Source of the DNA: the human T2T-CHM13v2.0 reference genome, Homo sapiens
Assembly: GCF_009914755.1 (NCBI RefSeq)
Contig: NC_060926.1
Direction: 5' to 3' (one strand)
DNA: 64,000 nt
Shown here: positions 1 to 17,726 of the stretch, one piece after another
How positions within the stretch are numbered: the first letter of the stretch is position 1
Layout of the letters: each line of letters begins with the position of its first letter
The notes under the pieces: model-generated
Seen by the model: only the letters and a program-made list of their open reading frames with translations
Database searches by the model: none
What the model was told of the DNA's origin: nothing
Position numbers and translations under genes: made by a program

Positions 1-208
1 GGTTCAAGTGATCCTCCCACCTCAGCCTCCTCAGCAGCTGAGACCACAGGTGCACACCACCACACTTGGCTAATTAAAAAAATTTTTTTTTGTAGAGACA
101 TGTCTCACTATGTTACCCAGGCTAATCTTAAGCTCCTGGGCTCAAGCAATCCTCCTGCCCTGGCCTCCCAAAGTGCTAGGAGACTACAGGTGTCAGCCAC
201 CATGCCCA
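1..208 (-). mobile_element. Alu (old, J-like), cut by the window edge
   Basis: Alu consensus segments in reverse complement. Confidence 0.9.
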
Positions 209-500
209 CTCCTAATTTGTTAATCTTAATCCCTTAATCTGTTTTTATCAAAAAAGATTCGCCCAAAAAACTATACAGCAATAAAAGGAACAAACTACTG
301 ATAAATGCTAAGGCACAGATGAATCATTATGGGAAGTGAAAGAAGCCAGACATAATATATATTGTATGATTGTGTTTATATAAATTTTCCATAAAAAGCA
401 AATCTATAGTGACAGCAGTTCAGTAGTCATCTGAAGCTAGATAGAGAAACAAAGATTGACTGCAAATGAGTACAAAGGAAATCTAAAACTGGATCATGGT

Positions 501-1156
<656 letters not shown>

Positions 1157-1491
1157 TTACAAGGGGTGATTTTATGGTATATAAATTAAATCAATAGAGC
1201 AGCTTAAAAAAAAAAAGGTTTGCCCATGATACTTGGAGAAGTAGGGCTTCTATTACATATTGACTAAGGATCAATATTCCGGGCTTCAAATAAAACACAT
1301 CACCACCATTTTGGGAAGGGCTTTTCAGTGCTCCTAACCCAGTTTTTAGAGGGCCATTAAAAAACGGATGAAGCTGAGCAGCAAAAGGAAGATGGAGGAA
1401 AGAAAATATCATTTTCTAAATCACTACTGAGCCAGTGATTAAGCAAACTGTGAATGTGAACACTCCTGCCTGCATCCCACTTAAGAATTAC

Positions 1492-1785
1492 TGGCCGGGC
1501 ACGGTGGCTCACGCCTGTAATCCCAGCACTTTGGGAGGATGAGGTGGGTGGATCACGAGGTCAGGAGTTCAAGACCAGCCTGGCCAAGATGGGGAAACCC
1601 TGTCTCTACAAAAATACAAAAATTAGCCTAGCATGGTGGCAGGTGCCTGTAATCCCAGCTACTCAGAGGCTGAGGCAGAGAACTGCTTGAACCTGGGAGG
1701 TGGAAGTTGTGGTGAGCTGAGATCGTGCCACTGCACTCCAGCTTGGGTGACAGAGTGAGACTCCCTCTCAAAAAAAAAAAAAAGA
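1492..1785 (+). mobile_element. AluS
   Basis: GGCCGGGCACGG start, A tail, TSD-like aagaattact/aagaactatt. Confidence 0.93.
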
Positions 1786-1894
1786 ACTATTAAAAGCTTT
1801 ACCCAGCAAGCCAGCAAGTCTTTCTAGCCAGTTGGGTGGGCTACACAGCAGTCCCTTTCCCAACCTAACAACTGGAAATTGGTTTGTCTGTTCA

Positions 1895-2311
<417 letters not shown>

Positions 2312-2578
2312 TCACAAGTACAGCAATCTAGGAAAATGTCTTGTAACAGTCCACATAGCTGACATCTGAGCGACACACACTGCTCCAGCCTGTTTTCTTC
2401 TTTATAATGAGGAGACATGCCCACTTCACATACATATGTGAGAAATGGCAGGCGCTGGGGCCTACTGTAGCACTTTACACACATCTCATTTAAATGTCAA
2501 AATCTCAAAACAAACCAGTGAGAAGAGAAATGCCTGTTATTGTTATTTTAAAGATAGAAAAACCTGGCTGAGCCACCG

Positions 2579-2872
2579 TGCCACGGTGGCTCATACCTGT
2601 AATCCCAGCACTTTGGGAGGCCGAGGTGGGTAGATCACATGAGGTCAGGAGTTCAAGACCAGCCTGGCCAACATGGTGAAACCCTATCTTTACTAAAAAT
2701 ACAAAAAATTAGCCGGGCATGGTGGCGGGCGCCTATAATCCCGGTCACTTGGGAGGCTGAGGCAGGAGAATATCTTGAACCCAGTAGGCGGAGGTTGTGG
2801 TGAGCCAAGATGGCGCCACTACACTCCAGCATGGGCAACGGAGCAAGACTCTGTCTCAAAAAGAAAAAAGAA
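2579..2872 (+). mobile_element. AluS, probably inside a MIR fragment
   Basis: Alu consensus and A-rich tail. Confidence 0.9.
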
Positions 2873-3866
2873 AGATTGAAAAACTAAAGCTGAGGAGTAC
2901 TTTACCTTGCCCACAGCCACGGGACAGTGAAGCTACTGGGTCCCAGCATGCCTGGCCCACAGAAGGAGGCACTCGGCAAAAGACCACTATTATTATTACA
3001 CAGCAAACGGGGCTGAGAATTCAGGGATGCGCTATGTGTGTACAGAGAAAATGAAATTCCAGAAGCTTCTGAGTTTACTACCATCCACCATTTGAAGATC
3101 AAGAGAAAAATCAAGCTTTTCCATTAAACAGAGATCCTTCCTTTATTATAAAAATACACTGTGAGTTACCAGGAATAAACGTAAATAAAAAAAATTTGTA
3201 AAGTGAAATAAAAAAGGAAAACAACATCAAAATAACCCTTGGAGTTTTGGAAAAAAAGAACCTCCCCTTCCCTGAAGACCTTGCCTCTGTAAGTCCTCAG
3301 TGGGGTCCCAAGGTGAGTCTGCTGTGGTCTCTGGCCAAGAAGCTAGGCTAGGACCTGACACTACTGGGATAAGTGGTCAAACAGGTGCCCAGGGGGCCAC
3401 TCCTGCCTTTCCCTGGACCTGCACACCATCCTAGTCATCCAGGAACACCAAAGTTTCTGCGCTAGGGAGTCTCCAAATACACAACCCCTAAGGCTGATTC
3501 AAGAACAAGAACCTAACCCCACTAAGTGCAACAGCCCCTTGCCATCATTACAATCTCACCCCTCATGTGCTCTAATTTTTCTTCGCTGACTCTAGCACCA
3601 CCCAAGGTTGTACACATCTGCTTACCATCTGTCTCTTCCCCAGAAGAGTGAGCTCCATGAGGTCAGAAGTGTTGTTCTAGCCACCATAATACCCCCAGTG
3701 TCCAGGCCAGGGCCCATACACAGCAAGCACTCAAATATTTGTCAAGTCATGAATCAGGGAGTCACCTGATCTTGGCTTTTCAGCAAGGTGTGATTTAGGG
3801 AAATGTGCAGAGAGAAAGCGGGAGGCAGCTGGCAGATCCAGACACAACAGCCTGACCACCTTCTTA

Positions 3867-4124
<258 letters not shown>

Positions 4125-4515
4125 TTACTGTGCTCAAAAACATTACATCTTCTAAGAGGTCCAATGGTCAAAAAAGTGGCATTCTATCTAAACTTATACA
4201 AGATTTTAGATCTTGCTCAGTCAACAACCGGGATAAAGCACAGAAAAGCAACCCAGACTAACAACACTTTGAAAATGAAATCTAATCAGCAGGCAAAATT
4301 GACCTTCAGGCACCATTTCTCACATCTCCTCAGGAACCTGTGAAGACCAGCCTACCAGCCTGAAAAAGAGGACACTGGGACTTTAACTCCATCAGGAGAA
4401 ATGATGCCATGGCTCACAGATAATAAAAAGGAGAAAGCAATTCAGGGACCAACAGGGACTCCTTCCTTTCACACAGACTACAGGCAGAGTCGACACATGG
4501 CTGGACTAGCTTCTA

Positions 4516-4821
<306 letters not shown>

Positions 4822-4870
4822 CTAGGTTGTAAGTGCTGGGTTAAAGACACCTGAGAGAACTGAAATCCTA

Positions 4871-5074
<204 letters not shown>

Positions 5075-5447
5075 CTACTGACCAGCAGGTACCTCCTGGA
5101 GATTCCACTGCTCATTCAATTAGATGGTCTGGAAATACAAGCCTCATGACTCTCCCCACAACCCTTCGCCAAATCTGTACCATGAGCTGCCGGCCATGAT
5201 TTAACATATGAGGGTTGTGACTTTGAGGTCAAGTAGGCAGGGGCCTGAGCCCAGCTCCACTGCTAGAGGAAATACAGTGGCCAGTGGATGAGTTTCCAGT
5301 CTGGGCCACATCTCTTGTTTCTCTTCTCTTATCTGTGCTTCACAGAAAAGACAGCATAAACATCAGGTCCTTCCCATATCCCTTTATTCCTGCTGGTGCG
5401 CAGAAAGTGACAGTGCCTTGGGACAGGCCTGTCATGGAATCTCTTAC

Positions 5448-5497
5448 CTGTTGTGCTTCAAGACCAGCTTGACTTTTCCATAGCTGACAGTACACAA
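5448..5497 (-). CDS. ERCC3: ERCC3 exon 4 (50 nt; LCTVSYGKVKLVLKHNR)
   Basis: CAG acceptor, AG|GTAAG donor, phase fits neighbours. Confidence 0.96.
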
Positions 5498-5863
5498 CTG
5501 CAAATACAGATAACATCCAACAGGTAAATGTGCAGCTAACTCAGAACACATTCATTACTGGTCACATCTTACACCTACCAACCAAGTGAAAAGTTCATTT
5601 TACTTTAGGGAAACCCAACTTGCAATCCTAAAGTGGTCAGATGTGCCTAAACTGAGCTTTTTCCATTGGCCTCTGCTTTCTGAGAACAAAATCTTCCTCT
5701 TGCCTGGGTAATTCTGATGCATATCCATTAAGTTATAAAACGCTGCTTAAAATCTTGCATTCTGCCTTTCCTCTCTATTCCCACAGCCCTCACCCTAGTC
5801 TAGAGAAGACCACACCAGTATTACTACAACTCCACAGAGTATGTGCACAGTAATTGCGGCTTA

Positions 5864-6352
<489 letters not shown>

Positions 6353-6477
6353 CTATCCCCGCTGTTGTCCCTGATCCACCACTACAGTGCACCAACACCT
6401 ACATCCCTGCAGGCAATTCGCAGCCAAGACCAGGCAGAGCCACAGTGTTGGTACAAGGTCCTCTCCTTGGGCACGCT

Positions 6478-6785
6478 TTCTTTTTTGTTGTTGTTCTGAG
6501 GCGGAGTCTCACTCTGTTGCCCAGGCTGGAGTGCAATGAATGGTGAGATCTCAGCTCACTTCAACCTCTGCCGCCCGGGTTCAAGTGATTGTCCTGCCTC
6601 AGCCTCCTGAGTAGCTGGGATTACAGGCACCCACCACCATGCCTGGCGAATTTTTGTATTTTTAGTAGAGACAGGAATTTCGCCATGTTGGCCAGGCTGG
6701 TCTTGAACTCCTGACCCCAGGTGGTCCACCCACCTCAGCCACCCAAAGTGCTGGGATTACAGGAGTGAGCCACTGCACCTGGCCG
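6478..6785 (-). mobile_element. AluS, inverted relative to 6025-6322
   Basis: Reverse Alu consensus; TSD gggcacgctttc on both sides. Confidence 0.93.
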
Positions 6786-7136
6786 GGCACGCTTTCACAT
6801 CACAGGAAAAGAGAGTTCTCTCCAGGACTCCTGCAGCTTCTCTGGGACTGGCTGCAGTACCATACTGAATTCCTGTGGCACTCTTCTGCCACTCCAGATC
6901 CCAAGGTCTGAATCTGACTCCTTTTGGATCAGCCAAAGGCAATGAAAGCCACTGTCCATCTCTTTTAAATGGCATTCACCCATCTCGCAGAAGAAACCTA
7001 GCATGTTCAACTATTAATCACATGGAACCCTCTTTGTTTTGTCAAAAACATCTGAAGTTGTTTTTGACTTTCCCTCATGGAACTTGTTGACTATTGGTCT
7101 CCTGCAGATACTTAGCTTTAGACAGAGTTTACCACC

Positions 7137-7488
7137 TGTGTTAGTCAGCTTGGGCTGCCATAATAAAATTCCAGACTGGGTGGCTTCAACATTAGAACTG
7201 TATTTTCTCAGAGCTGTGGAGGCTGAAAGTCTATGATCAAGGTATCAGCCGATTCAGTTTCTGGTGAAGGCTCTTGTCCATGGACCACCTTCCCATTGTG
7301 TACTCACATGACAAGAAGGGCAGGTGAGAGAAAGCATGCTCCGGTGTCTCTTCTTAGGAGGACACTAATCATAGCGGATCACGACCTCATTTAGTCTTAA
7401 CTACTTTCTTACTCCAAATACATTACCATTGGATATTAGGTTTTGAAGACAAAATTTGAGGGGAACACACACAATTCAGTCCCCAGCA
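7137..7488 (-). mobile_element. MLT1A-like MaLR solo LTR
   Basis: tgtgttagtcagcttgggctgccataa...gactgggtggcttcaac...ggaggctgaaagtc resembles the MLT1 consensus (from memory). Confidence 0.75.
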
Positions 7489-7575
7489 CACTCACTTTGG
7501 GCTGCATTTCCAAATTCTCCCTGGCTACAATGGGCCTGAATTAGTAGCCCCTCTGTGTTAATACCCACAGCTGGG

Positions 7576-7692
7576 AGCGGCTCATGAGAAGCGTGGCCTC
7601 ACCCAGAACACAATGCTGGATCCAGAGTGTAGCGGCTCATGAGAAGCGTGGCCTCACCCAGAACACAATGCTGGATCCAGAGTGTAGCGGCT
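7576..7692. repeat. Perfect tandem duplication, 55-bp unit x2 plus 7 bp
   Basis: Copies start at 7576 and 7631; the AGCGGCT remnant starts at 7686. Confidence 0.97.
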
Positions 7693-7821
7693 GGGGTAAT
7701 CAGTCGTTATGCTCCCCACAGGAAATCTGAATGGCACATTCTCATGGCTGCCACAGGCTGACAACATGGAGCACCTATGCCCATTGTTACATTAGCAGGG
7801 CAGGTGGAATTGCTGGTCTCA

Positions 7822-8121
<300 letters not shown>

Positions 8122-8685
8122 CTACTGGGCTCTTGCCCATATCATTATCAAGAAAGAATAAGCTGCCCAACACCACAGATATTCTTGCAAGCACTCCTTC
8201 AGACAACTGTGGGGCCTGTTACATTAATCAGATACAGAAGAGTAAAGAAAAATAGAAGAAAGTGTTTCCAAAGTCAACAGCTGTTTCCTACTATTCTGCA
8301 CAGAGAAAGCCCATCTTACTGGCTATCCTCAAGTTACCTTTTGGCTAGATTTCAACTAAATGTATAACATTAATTATTTAAAGTAGAGCAAAAGCTTGCT
8401 ACCGAACATGTCTTCCATTATTTGAGGAAACAAACTGTTACATGATAAATGCTATTTATTCGGCAGATAAAAGGATTCACTACATGGGGTAGGGCTGGGG
8501 AAGGAGTGAGAGTAAACCGAGGGGTTAGAGCTGTTGGAAGCCCAGGTCCGGCCGCCACACGTGTGCGCAACTGCTCGCTGTTGCCTTGGGCTGTTCCAAC
8601 GTGTGTGGATGAAAATTCTCTCCCGGCCAGTTCTAGGGGCAGTATCCTGAATGTCAGTTTTGACTCTGAGGATGCCCAAGATTTA

Positions 8686-9520
<835 letters not shown>

Positions 9521-9634
9521 TCATTTCTCTACAACTGAAGGAAAATACTGTGTGTTGAGCACCTGTGTAGTGCGCGAATTAAAGGCCTCATCCTTCTGGA
9601 ACTTAAATTTTAATGAAGCCATGTGGGCAATAAA

Positions 9635-9661
9635 TGTGTGTGTGAGAGAGAGAGAGAGAGA
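9635..9661. repeat. (TG)n(AG)n compound microsatellite upstream of ERCC3
   Basis: tgtgtgtgtgagagagagagagagaga. Confidence 0.9.
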
Positions 9662-9707
9662 ATGTGACCTGAGTCCATGGGTAAGGAAGAATTCTTTTTT
9701 TTAATTA

Positions 9708-10141
<434 letters not shown>

Positions 10142-10433
10142 AAATAAAGCAGATTACCCTCAATAATGCGGGTGGGCCTCATCCAAATCAGTTGAAGGCC
10201 TTAAGAGCAAAGACAGGTTTCTCAAGGAAAAAGGAATTCTGCCTCCAGACTGCAACACAGAAAGTTCTGACTGAGTTTCCAGCCTTTGGACTCAAAACTA
10301 CAACATCAACTCGTACCTGAATTCCCAACTTGCCAACCCCCACAATTGCATGAGCCAATTCTTTAAAATCAATCAATCAATCTCGCTTGCTCAGTGGGCC
10401 TCTTGGTTCTGTTTCTCTGGAGAACGTAACACA
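10142..10433 (+). mobile_element. MLT2C-like (ERVL) LTR, 3' portion
   Basis: aaagcagattaccctc...gggtgggcctcatcc...gaattctgcctccagactgcaac...ttggttctgtttctctggagaac...aca. Confidence 0.75.
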
Positions 10434-11186
10434 GATTTTTGGTACGGGGAATAGGGTACTGCTGTAACAAATACCTAACAATGGGGAAGTGGTTTTCAAA
10501 TTGGGTAATCGGTAGAGGCTGAAAGAATTTTGAGGCGCATGATAGAAAAGCCTCTATTGTCTTGAAGAGCCTTGGTAGAAGTATGGGCATTAAAGGTGAT
10601 TCTGGTGACGGCTCAGATGGAAAGGAGAAATATGTTATTGAAACTGGAGGCAAGTGGTAGAGAGCTTGCCTGAATTGTATTCTGTTGGGTGGAAAGTAGA
10701 ACTTATAAGTGATAAGCTTGGACATTTTGCTGAGGAAATTTCTACATGATGGTTCAAAGTGAGGCCTGGGCCAGGCGCGGTGGCTCACGCCTGTAATCCC
10801 AGCACTTTGGGAGGCCGAGGCAGGGGATCATAAGGTCAGGAGTTCAATACCAGCCTGGCCAATATGGTGAATCCCCGTCTCTACTAAAAATACAAAAATT
10901 AGCTGGGCGTGGTGTCGCGCGCCTGTAGTCTCAGCTGCTCAGGAGGCTGAGGCAGGAGGATCTCTTGAACTCAGGAGGCAGAAGTTGCAGTGAGCAGAGA
11001 TCACGCCACTGCACTCCAGCCTGGGCAACAGAGCAAGACTCCGTCTCAAAAAAAAAAAAAAAAAAAACTGAGGCCTGCTTTCTCCTTATTGCTTATAGTG
11101 AAATGTGAGAAGAGATACACTGAAGGTGGAATTATTCAACAAAAAGGAACCAGAACTTGAAGATTTGGATCATTCTTATACTCACA

Positions 11187-11229
<43 letters not shown>

Positions 11230-11959
11230 AGAGAGAGAAAGTATGCTCTGGAGAAACACTAAGGATGTGGACAACCATTTATTTGCAAGAGATTAGGTGT
11301 GTGGCTTATAGACCCAATCACCCATCTCCACAGAAACCTGGACAGTTTTGACTAGGGTACATAGATGGGATGAAATGAAGGAAGGCTGTTGGACTTCCAG
11401 GATTCCACAGGTAGGAAAGGGATTGGCAGGGGCAGTTCAGAGGCCAGTGAGGCTGCTTCCGCCACCACAGGACTGAAAGGGACAGGCTTGGGTTTGAACC
11501 CACGGCCACCACCTCCTCAGTTCTGAGGGTGTGGGGCTGCAACCCCAGTGGGCCCTGAGGACAGAGGATCAAGCCAGTGAGGATTATTCTCAAGCCTTAA
11601 AATCCTGTCATTGGCCCTGTTAGGTGTCAGACTTTCTTGGCACCTCCAAGTCTTTTTCCTTCCCATTTCTCCCTTTTGGAATGGAATGTGTCTATCCTCT
11701 GCCTATACCATTGTAATTGGAAGCAGATAACTTGTCTGTTCTCATGGGTTCATAGATAGAAAGAAAATTTGCTCCAACAGGAAACCTAACCCAGAGTCAA
11801 TTGATGTGGATGATTTGGGTGATGAGATTTGAACTGATATTTAGATGATACTGGACTTTGAGTTGATGCTAGAATGACTGACTTTTGTTGATGTTGAGAT
11901 GGGGTGAATGTACTTTGCATGTGGGAAGGATATGAACTTGTAGGGGCCAGAGGACAGAC
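10434..11959 (+). mobile_element. MaLR (MLT1-type) internal region, interrupted by an Alu at 10769-11067
   Basis: Begins gatttttggtac...gctgtaacaaatacctaa; ends with purine tract ggggccagaggacagac. Confidence 0.7.
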
Positions 11960-12813
<854 letters not shown>

Positions 12814-12940
12814 ATTGTTGGACATTTAGAGTTTTAAGTTTGGGCTTTTATAGATACAACTTAAAACATTCACAATCTATTTCCACAGGTTAATTCCTAG
12901 GTATAAATTGGTGGGTCAGAGGATATACAAGGTTCTGAAA

Positions 12941-13212
12941 TTTAAGACAGGGTCTCGTTCTGTCATGAAGACTGCAGTGCAGTGGTGCAATCTCAGCTCA
13001 CTGCAACCTCTGTCTCCCAGGCTGAAGCGACCCACCCACCTCAGCCTCCTGGGTAGCTGGGACCACAGGCATGCACCACCACACGTGGCTGATTTTTGTA
13101 TTATTTGTAGAAACAGGGTTTTACCATGTTGCCCAGGCTGGTCTCAAACTCCTGAGTTCAAGTGGTCCACCCACCTCGGCCTCCCAAAGTGCTGGGATCA
13201 CCATGCCCGGCC
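12941..13212 (-). mobile_element. AluJ-like
   Basis: Reverse Alu consensus. Confidence 0.88.
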
Positions 13213-13299
13213 AATTCTGAGGTTTCTGATTCTGATTCTGAGGTTTCAATTCTGAGGTTGTGTTAAGTTGCCCTCTATACCAAAGTATTAAATTATCTC

Positions 13300-13609
13300 C
13301 GCCAGGCGCAGTGGCTCACGCCTGTAATCCCAGCACTTTGGGAGGCCGAGGCGGATGGATCACGAGGTCAGGAGATCAAGACCATCCTGGCTAATATGGT
13401 GAAACCCTGTCTCCACTAAAAATACAAATAAAATTAGCTGGGCATGGTGGCAGGTGCCTGTAGTCCCAGCTACTCAGGATACCGAGGCAGGAGAATGGCC
13501 TGAACGCGGGAGGCAGAGCTTGCAGTGAGCCGAGATCATGCCACTGCACTCCAGCCTGGGCGACAGAGCAAGACTCTGTCTCAAAATAAATAAATAAATA
13601 AATAAATAA
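13300..13609 (+). mobile_element. AluY/Sc-like with a (TAAA)n tail
   Basis: gagatcaagaccatcctggctaa; (taaa)n tail; TSD attatctcc/ataatctcc. Confidence 0.92.
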
Positions 13610-13915
13610 TCTCCAACACCATGTGAGAGACCATTCCTTATACTCAGTAGGTTTGATAGTAGGGTTTGTGTTTGTTTTTAATCATTAGTTCTGATTTAGG
13701 TAATCAAGATGTCCAGCCAAAGATATACTACAAGTTGGGTGGAACATTATAGACTTAGATACTGGAAAGATTTGGTTTAGTTTCATTGTTTTTAGATTTG
13801 TCTGCGCTTGGTTTCCTAGAGAGTGCTCAACTCAAGCAAGGAGGGAATAACTGTAAATAAAATGTGTCCAAGAATAGATTTGGAAAAACCAATCACAGTG
13901 GAAATAAATATTAGC

Positions 13916-13921
13916 TTTATT
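13916..13921 (-). terminator. MAP3K2: Distal polyadenylation signal AATAAA of MAP3K2
   Basis: tttatt on plus strand; downstream on minus strand CTGTGATTGGTTTTT (GU/U-rich). Confidence 0.7.
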
Positions 13922-16279
13922 AACACTCAAAGTGCCATTCATTTATATTCATTCCATAGTCCAGAAGGTTACTTATTAGAGTAAGCCTTTGCACCACAAT
14001 CTTTCAAAAAAATGAACATGTAAGAAAAAGCAGTTTTCATTGTGCTAATTATTGCAGGCCTTCATGCACGTAAACCTCAACAAAATGTGTGCCAACAATA
14101 TACAAATTTCCATATAAACAAAGTCATTGATCACTAACAAAATATAAACATGGTTTCTTTTATATTAGATTTTTTTTAAAAAAAAGCTATTTACCAGCAA
14201 GAAAAAACAAGTACCTAGAAATTATAAAACTCAGAAATTGTATACATTTTTACAAGCACAATTTTGAATGACAAACAAAATCAAAATGTGCATGAAATGT
14301 TGCACGTACCACACTGTATCTGGCTTCTGGTAGGTTTTCCTAATCACACTGGTTCCTTTTAACATAATAAGCTTAGTGACATTCAACTTCAACAGTGGAC
14401 TTTATTCCTAACACGAGTAATTTTACATGGTACCGCATATTTAAAACAAAGTTTTCTTTAATACTACATTGTCTGATTGGAAATTTCATTTCCAATTCTT
14501 TTTCTGCCAGTTACTTAAAACACACAATACAATATAAAGACACACAACGTATGTTTGGACATTTCAAAACCAATTTATAGTCAATTACAAAGAATCACAA
14601 TATGCCAATATATTGTTTTATAAACCCAGTCTGACCTTGCCCAGTGATAGAAAAACTAAAAGTTGAAATCTTTTGGGGTGGAATACAGGAAATATTCAAA
14701 GACAACAGTAGGACAGGCCAATAGCAACTGGAGATAGAAAAATCTTGACATCTCGAGACAATTTAGTTTCTCACATTTTTCCATAGCTCTGAGAATTCAA
14801 AGGCCATTTTTAGCGGTGTGTTTTTGCTACTGCTTAAAACCTATTTTTCCCTTAATTTGCATTTCACGGAATTCTCAAAGAGAATTTAATGCTTTTTCTT
14901 GCAAGAGTATTTTAATTGAGCTCTAAGTATGACTTGCATTCAATTCTGAAAATACAAATACATTTTGAATGGCTAAAAACAAAATTTTAAAAATACTTTT
15001 GATCAGCCAGCTGAAAATATATTCATATAGTAAATAATCTCTCAGAAAGCTTTTATATATATTTAATTATCACAACTAAACAGTACCCTTATAAAACAAG
15101 TTCATAAAAATGTAGAAATGAAATGAAAATAAGAACTTACTGGGATATATACATGTGCCTACAGACAGAAAAAAACATCTCCACACAAACATACATCCCC
15201 TGATACACAGAGTTAAAAGCATACTTTCAACTTAGTAATGGATTTTATAATACATTATAAAATTTTCTAATTTCTATTAATGTCGAACTCCTGAGTTCTT
15301 CAACAAAGAACCATAGATAAGTATAGTTTGTAAAAGCAAAAAGGTCCATTTAAGTCAGTAATAGCAGTGCAGTAACTGATGGCTACATCTTGAAAGAAGT
15401 TAAAACATAAAGACACAGACAGTAGTTCAATGCACGCATTCATGATGCTCATACACTCATCAACAATTATTGGTCAGAGTAGTAAATCAGTGTACAAATT
15501 AAACATTTCCAAAAATGTGCAAAAATGTCAATCTTAATAGGAAAAAAACCCTTTGTACATAATTATAAACTGCCCAGCATTCAACTGAGATTAAAAACAT
15601 TTAGAGAGAAACCAATAGGTTAAATATAGAGAATTTAATGGCTACATTTAAAAATGTACATTATTATGTCAAAGGGTAAATTTACAAATTGATAATCATA
15701 GTTTGCAACAATTCAAAGTTTATTCTCAAATTTATCCAAGTTTACTTTTATTTACAATGAATAAAAAGAACCATGTGAAATGTAAGAGATGTCAGACATT
15801 AAAAGTATTTTTGGTATTAACTCTTATAATATTTCAGAATTCAGGGTAGCAAATTTTAAAACCAATAACAATAGAAAAAATGTAAACCATTTACTAATTA
15901 AGATTGCATTAAAACAATTGTTGGTCTTTAAAGAAGTATTCTTATCCTTAGACACTGTACTTTCAATTGAATAGGGTGTATTGCAAGAATTTGGCCCACT
16001 TCATATTGCCCATAAGCCTCTCCAGCTCAAATGTTTCAACTAGTCCTCTCTTCTTATTCCAGGTGGAAAAAATTCTTTGGAAAAGTAAGAATACATCAAA
16101 TCCATTTTGTAGTCTATCTAATAGAGTTTAAGGTGTAATTTTGTTTCTTCTCCCCTCCAAGTAAAGCTAATGCTAAAATCATCACTAGTTACATATGCTT
16201 TTAAAAAATAAATTCTAAAAAAATATTTAAAAAGAAGTGAACTTAAAAGTGCTTTTCGGTATGGTCATGAACTTTACTG

Positions 16280-16322
16280 TTCTCAACTGCATTAAGGGAT
16301 TCTCAACTGCATTAAGGGATTC
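16280..16322. repeat. Perfect 20-bp tandem duplication in the MAP3K2 3' UTR
   Basis: ttctcaactgcattaaggga x2 + ttc. Confidence 0.95.
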
Positions 16323-17667
16323 AGAAATTATTTGGGGACAAGTCCTGTACATATAGTAGAAGCAGATACTTCCTTATGTTCCAAAATGTCTATGGCACAA
16401 AGCAGACATCAGTCCAGAACCTACTTTTCCTCACAGCTTTGCTGAAATGCCCCTCAAGTCAAACATAAGTTCATAAATGTTAAGACACTAGGAAGAAAGT
16501 TCGCCATCAACCTGAGGCATCAGACGTTAATGTCTGTCTATGTGAATCAGTGGTCAAGTGACATTAACAAGATTGGCACATGTACAAGCTTAAATTCATG
16601 TCTACATAGTTCCTCAATAGTGGAAGTAACTTCTGGATGTCTAAATGCACTGATCACCTGTCCTTTTCCTTGAAGGATATACCAGAATACAAATTCTACT
16701 AGTATCTGCTTTATAATTTTTATACTATTAGCTTACAAGTGGACAGAAGTAACAGTGCTAATTATTTTGGCTATGTGTACAGGGAATATAAAAGCTTTGG
16801 TTTAAAGTGATTCTGATAATACAGATTGTGTTACAAACAAGAAGTCATCAGGCAGAAGGAACAATGGTACTGATTTAATGCCTTTGCTGTTATTAACAAA
16901 AATACCATATGACTATCAATTAAAATGCACAATTATGAAAAATAAGAATTCTATGAGACTGTATACAGGCAACAGATAAAATCTATTCTTTTCTTTACTG
17001 TAGCTATGACTCCTCCCTCATCTTTCTGAAGCTCAACCTTGAATGCTTACAGGACCACTGAAAAAAGAATCTCTAGGCTCCCCCAAGAGCTCATTTCCAT
17101 CAACAGCTCTGGAAGGTGAGTATGGGAAGATGGGAGGCCCTGATACTTCCCACACCTACCATGGCATCCTGTCCAAACCATGGCAGAAGTCAAAGCCAAG
17201 CCAAAGACAACTATAAGTAGGAATAGCTGCTTCACAGCATGCTTCCCCTAGCCAACCAAAAAGAGGTACAAGAGAATTTCCTTGTGAATACTTGGTAAGC
17301 TAAGGAAGCTTATTTTGATAATGTTTGGCAGAATTTCAGTTCCAAAAAGTTCAGGAAGAACTATGTAAAATCAATTACTTTCTATTTAAGAATTATATAT
17401 AAGATTATTTTACATATACACAAATTGAATTTTAATCTACCTTTAGCAACCAAGAGTATGGCAATTTACAATCAATATTATTATACAATCATTTGTACTA
17501 GCTACTTCTGGAAAATGTACTGGTGTTCCTACCCAAGGATGACTACACTCACTGTATGTCATCAGTAGGTCATACATTTGAGTTGTTCTTCCAAAACCAG
17601 AAACTGACCTAATTGAACACTCATACCTTTCCCCTTCTTCCTTCCCATCCCTGCCTCCAACTCTAAC

Positions 17668-17726
17668 CACACACACACACACACACATGCATGCAAACGC
17701 ACACATACATGCACAAATGCACACAC
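17668..17726. repeat. Imperfect (CA)n microsatellite in the 3' UTR
   Basis: cacacaca...catgcatgcaaacgcacacatacatgcac. Confidence 0.9.

Noticed and set aside
7576-7692. Repeat considered as a CRISPR-like array
   Set aside because: Direct tandem copies without spacers, in eukaryotic DNA with no cas genes
13214-13259. Short ttctgaggtt repeats
   Set aside because: Low-complexity slippage beside an Alu; no functional cue
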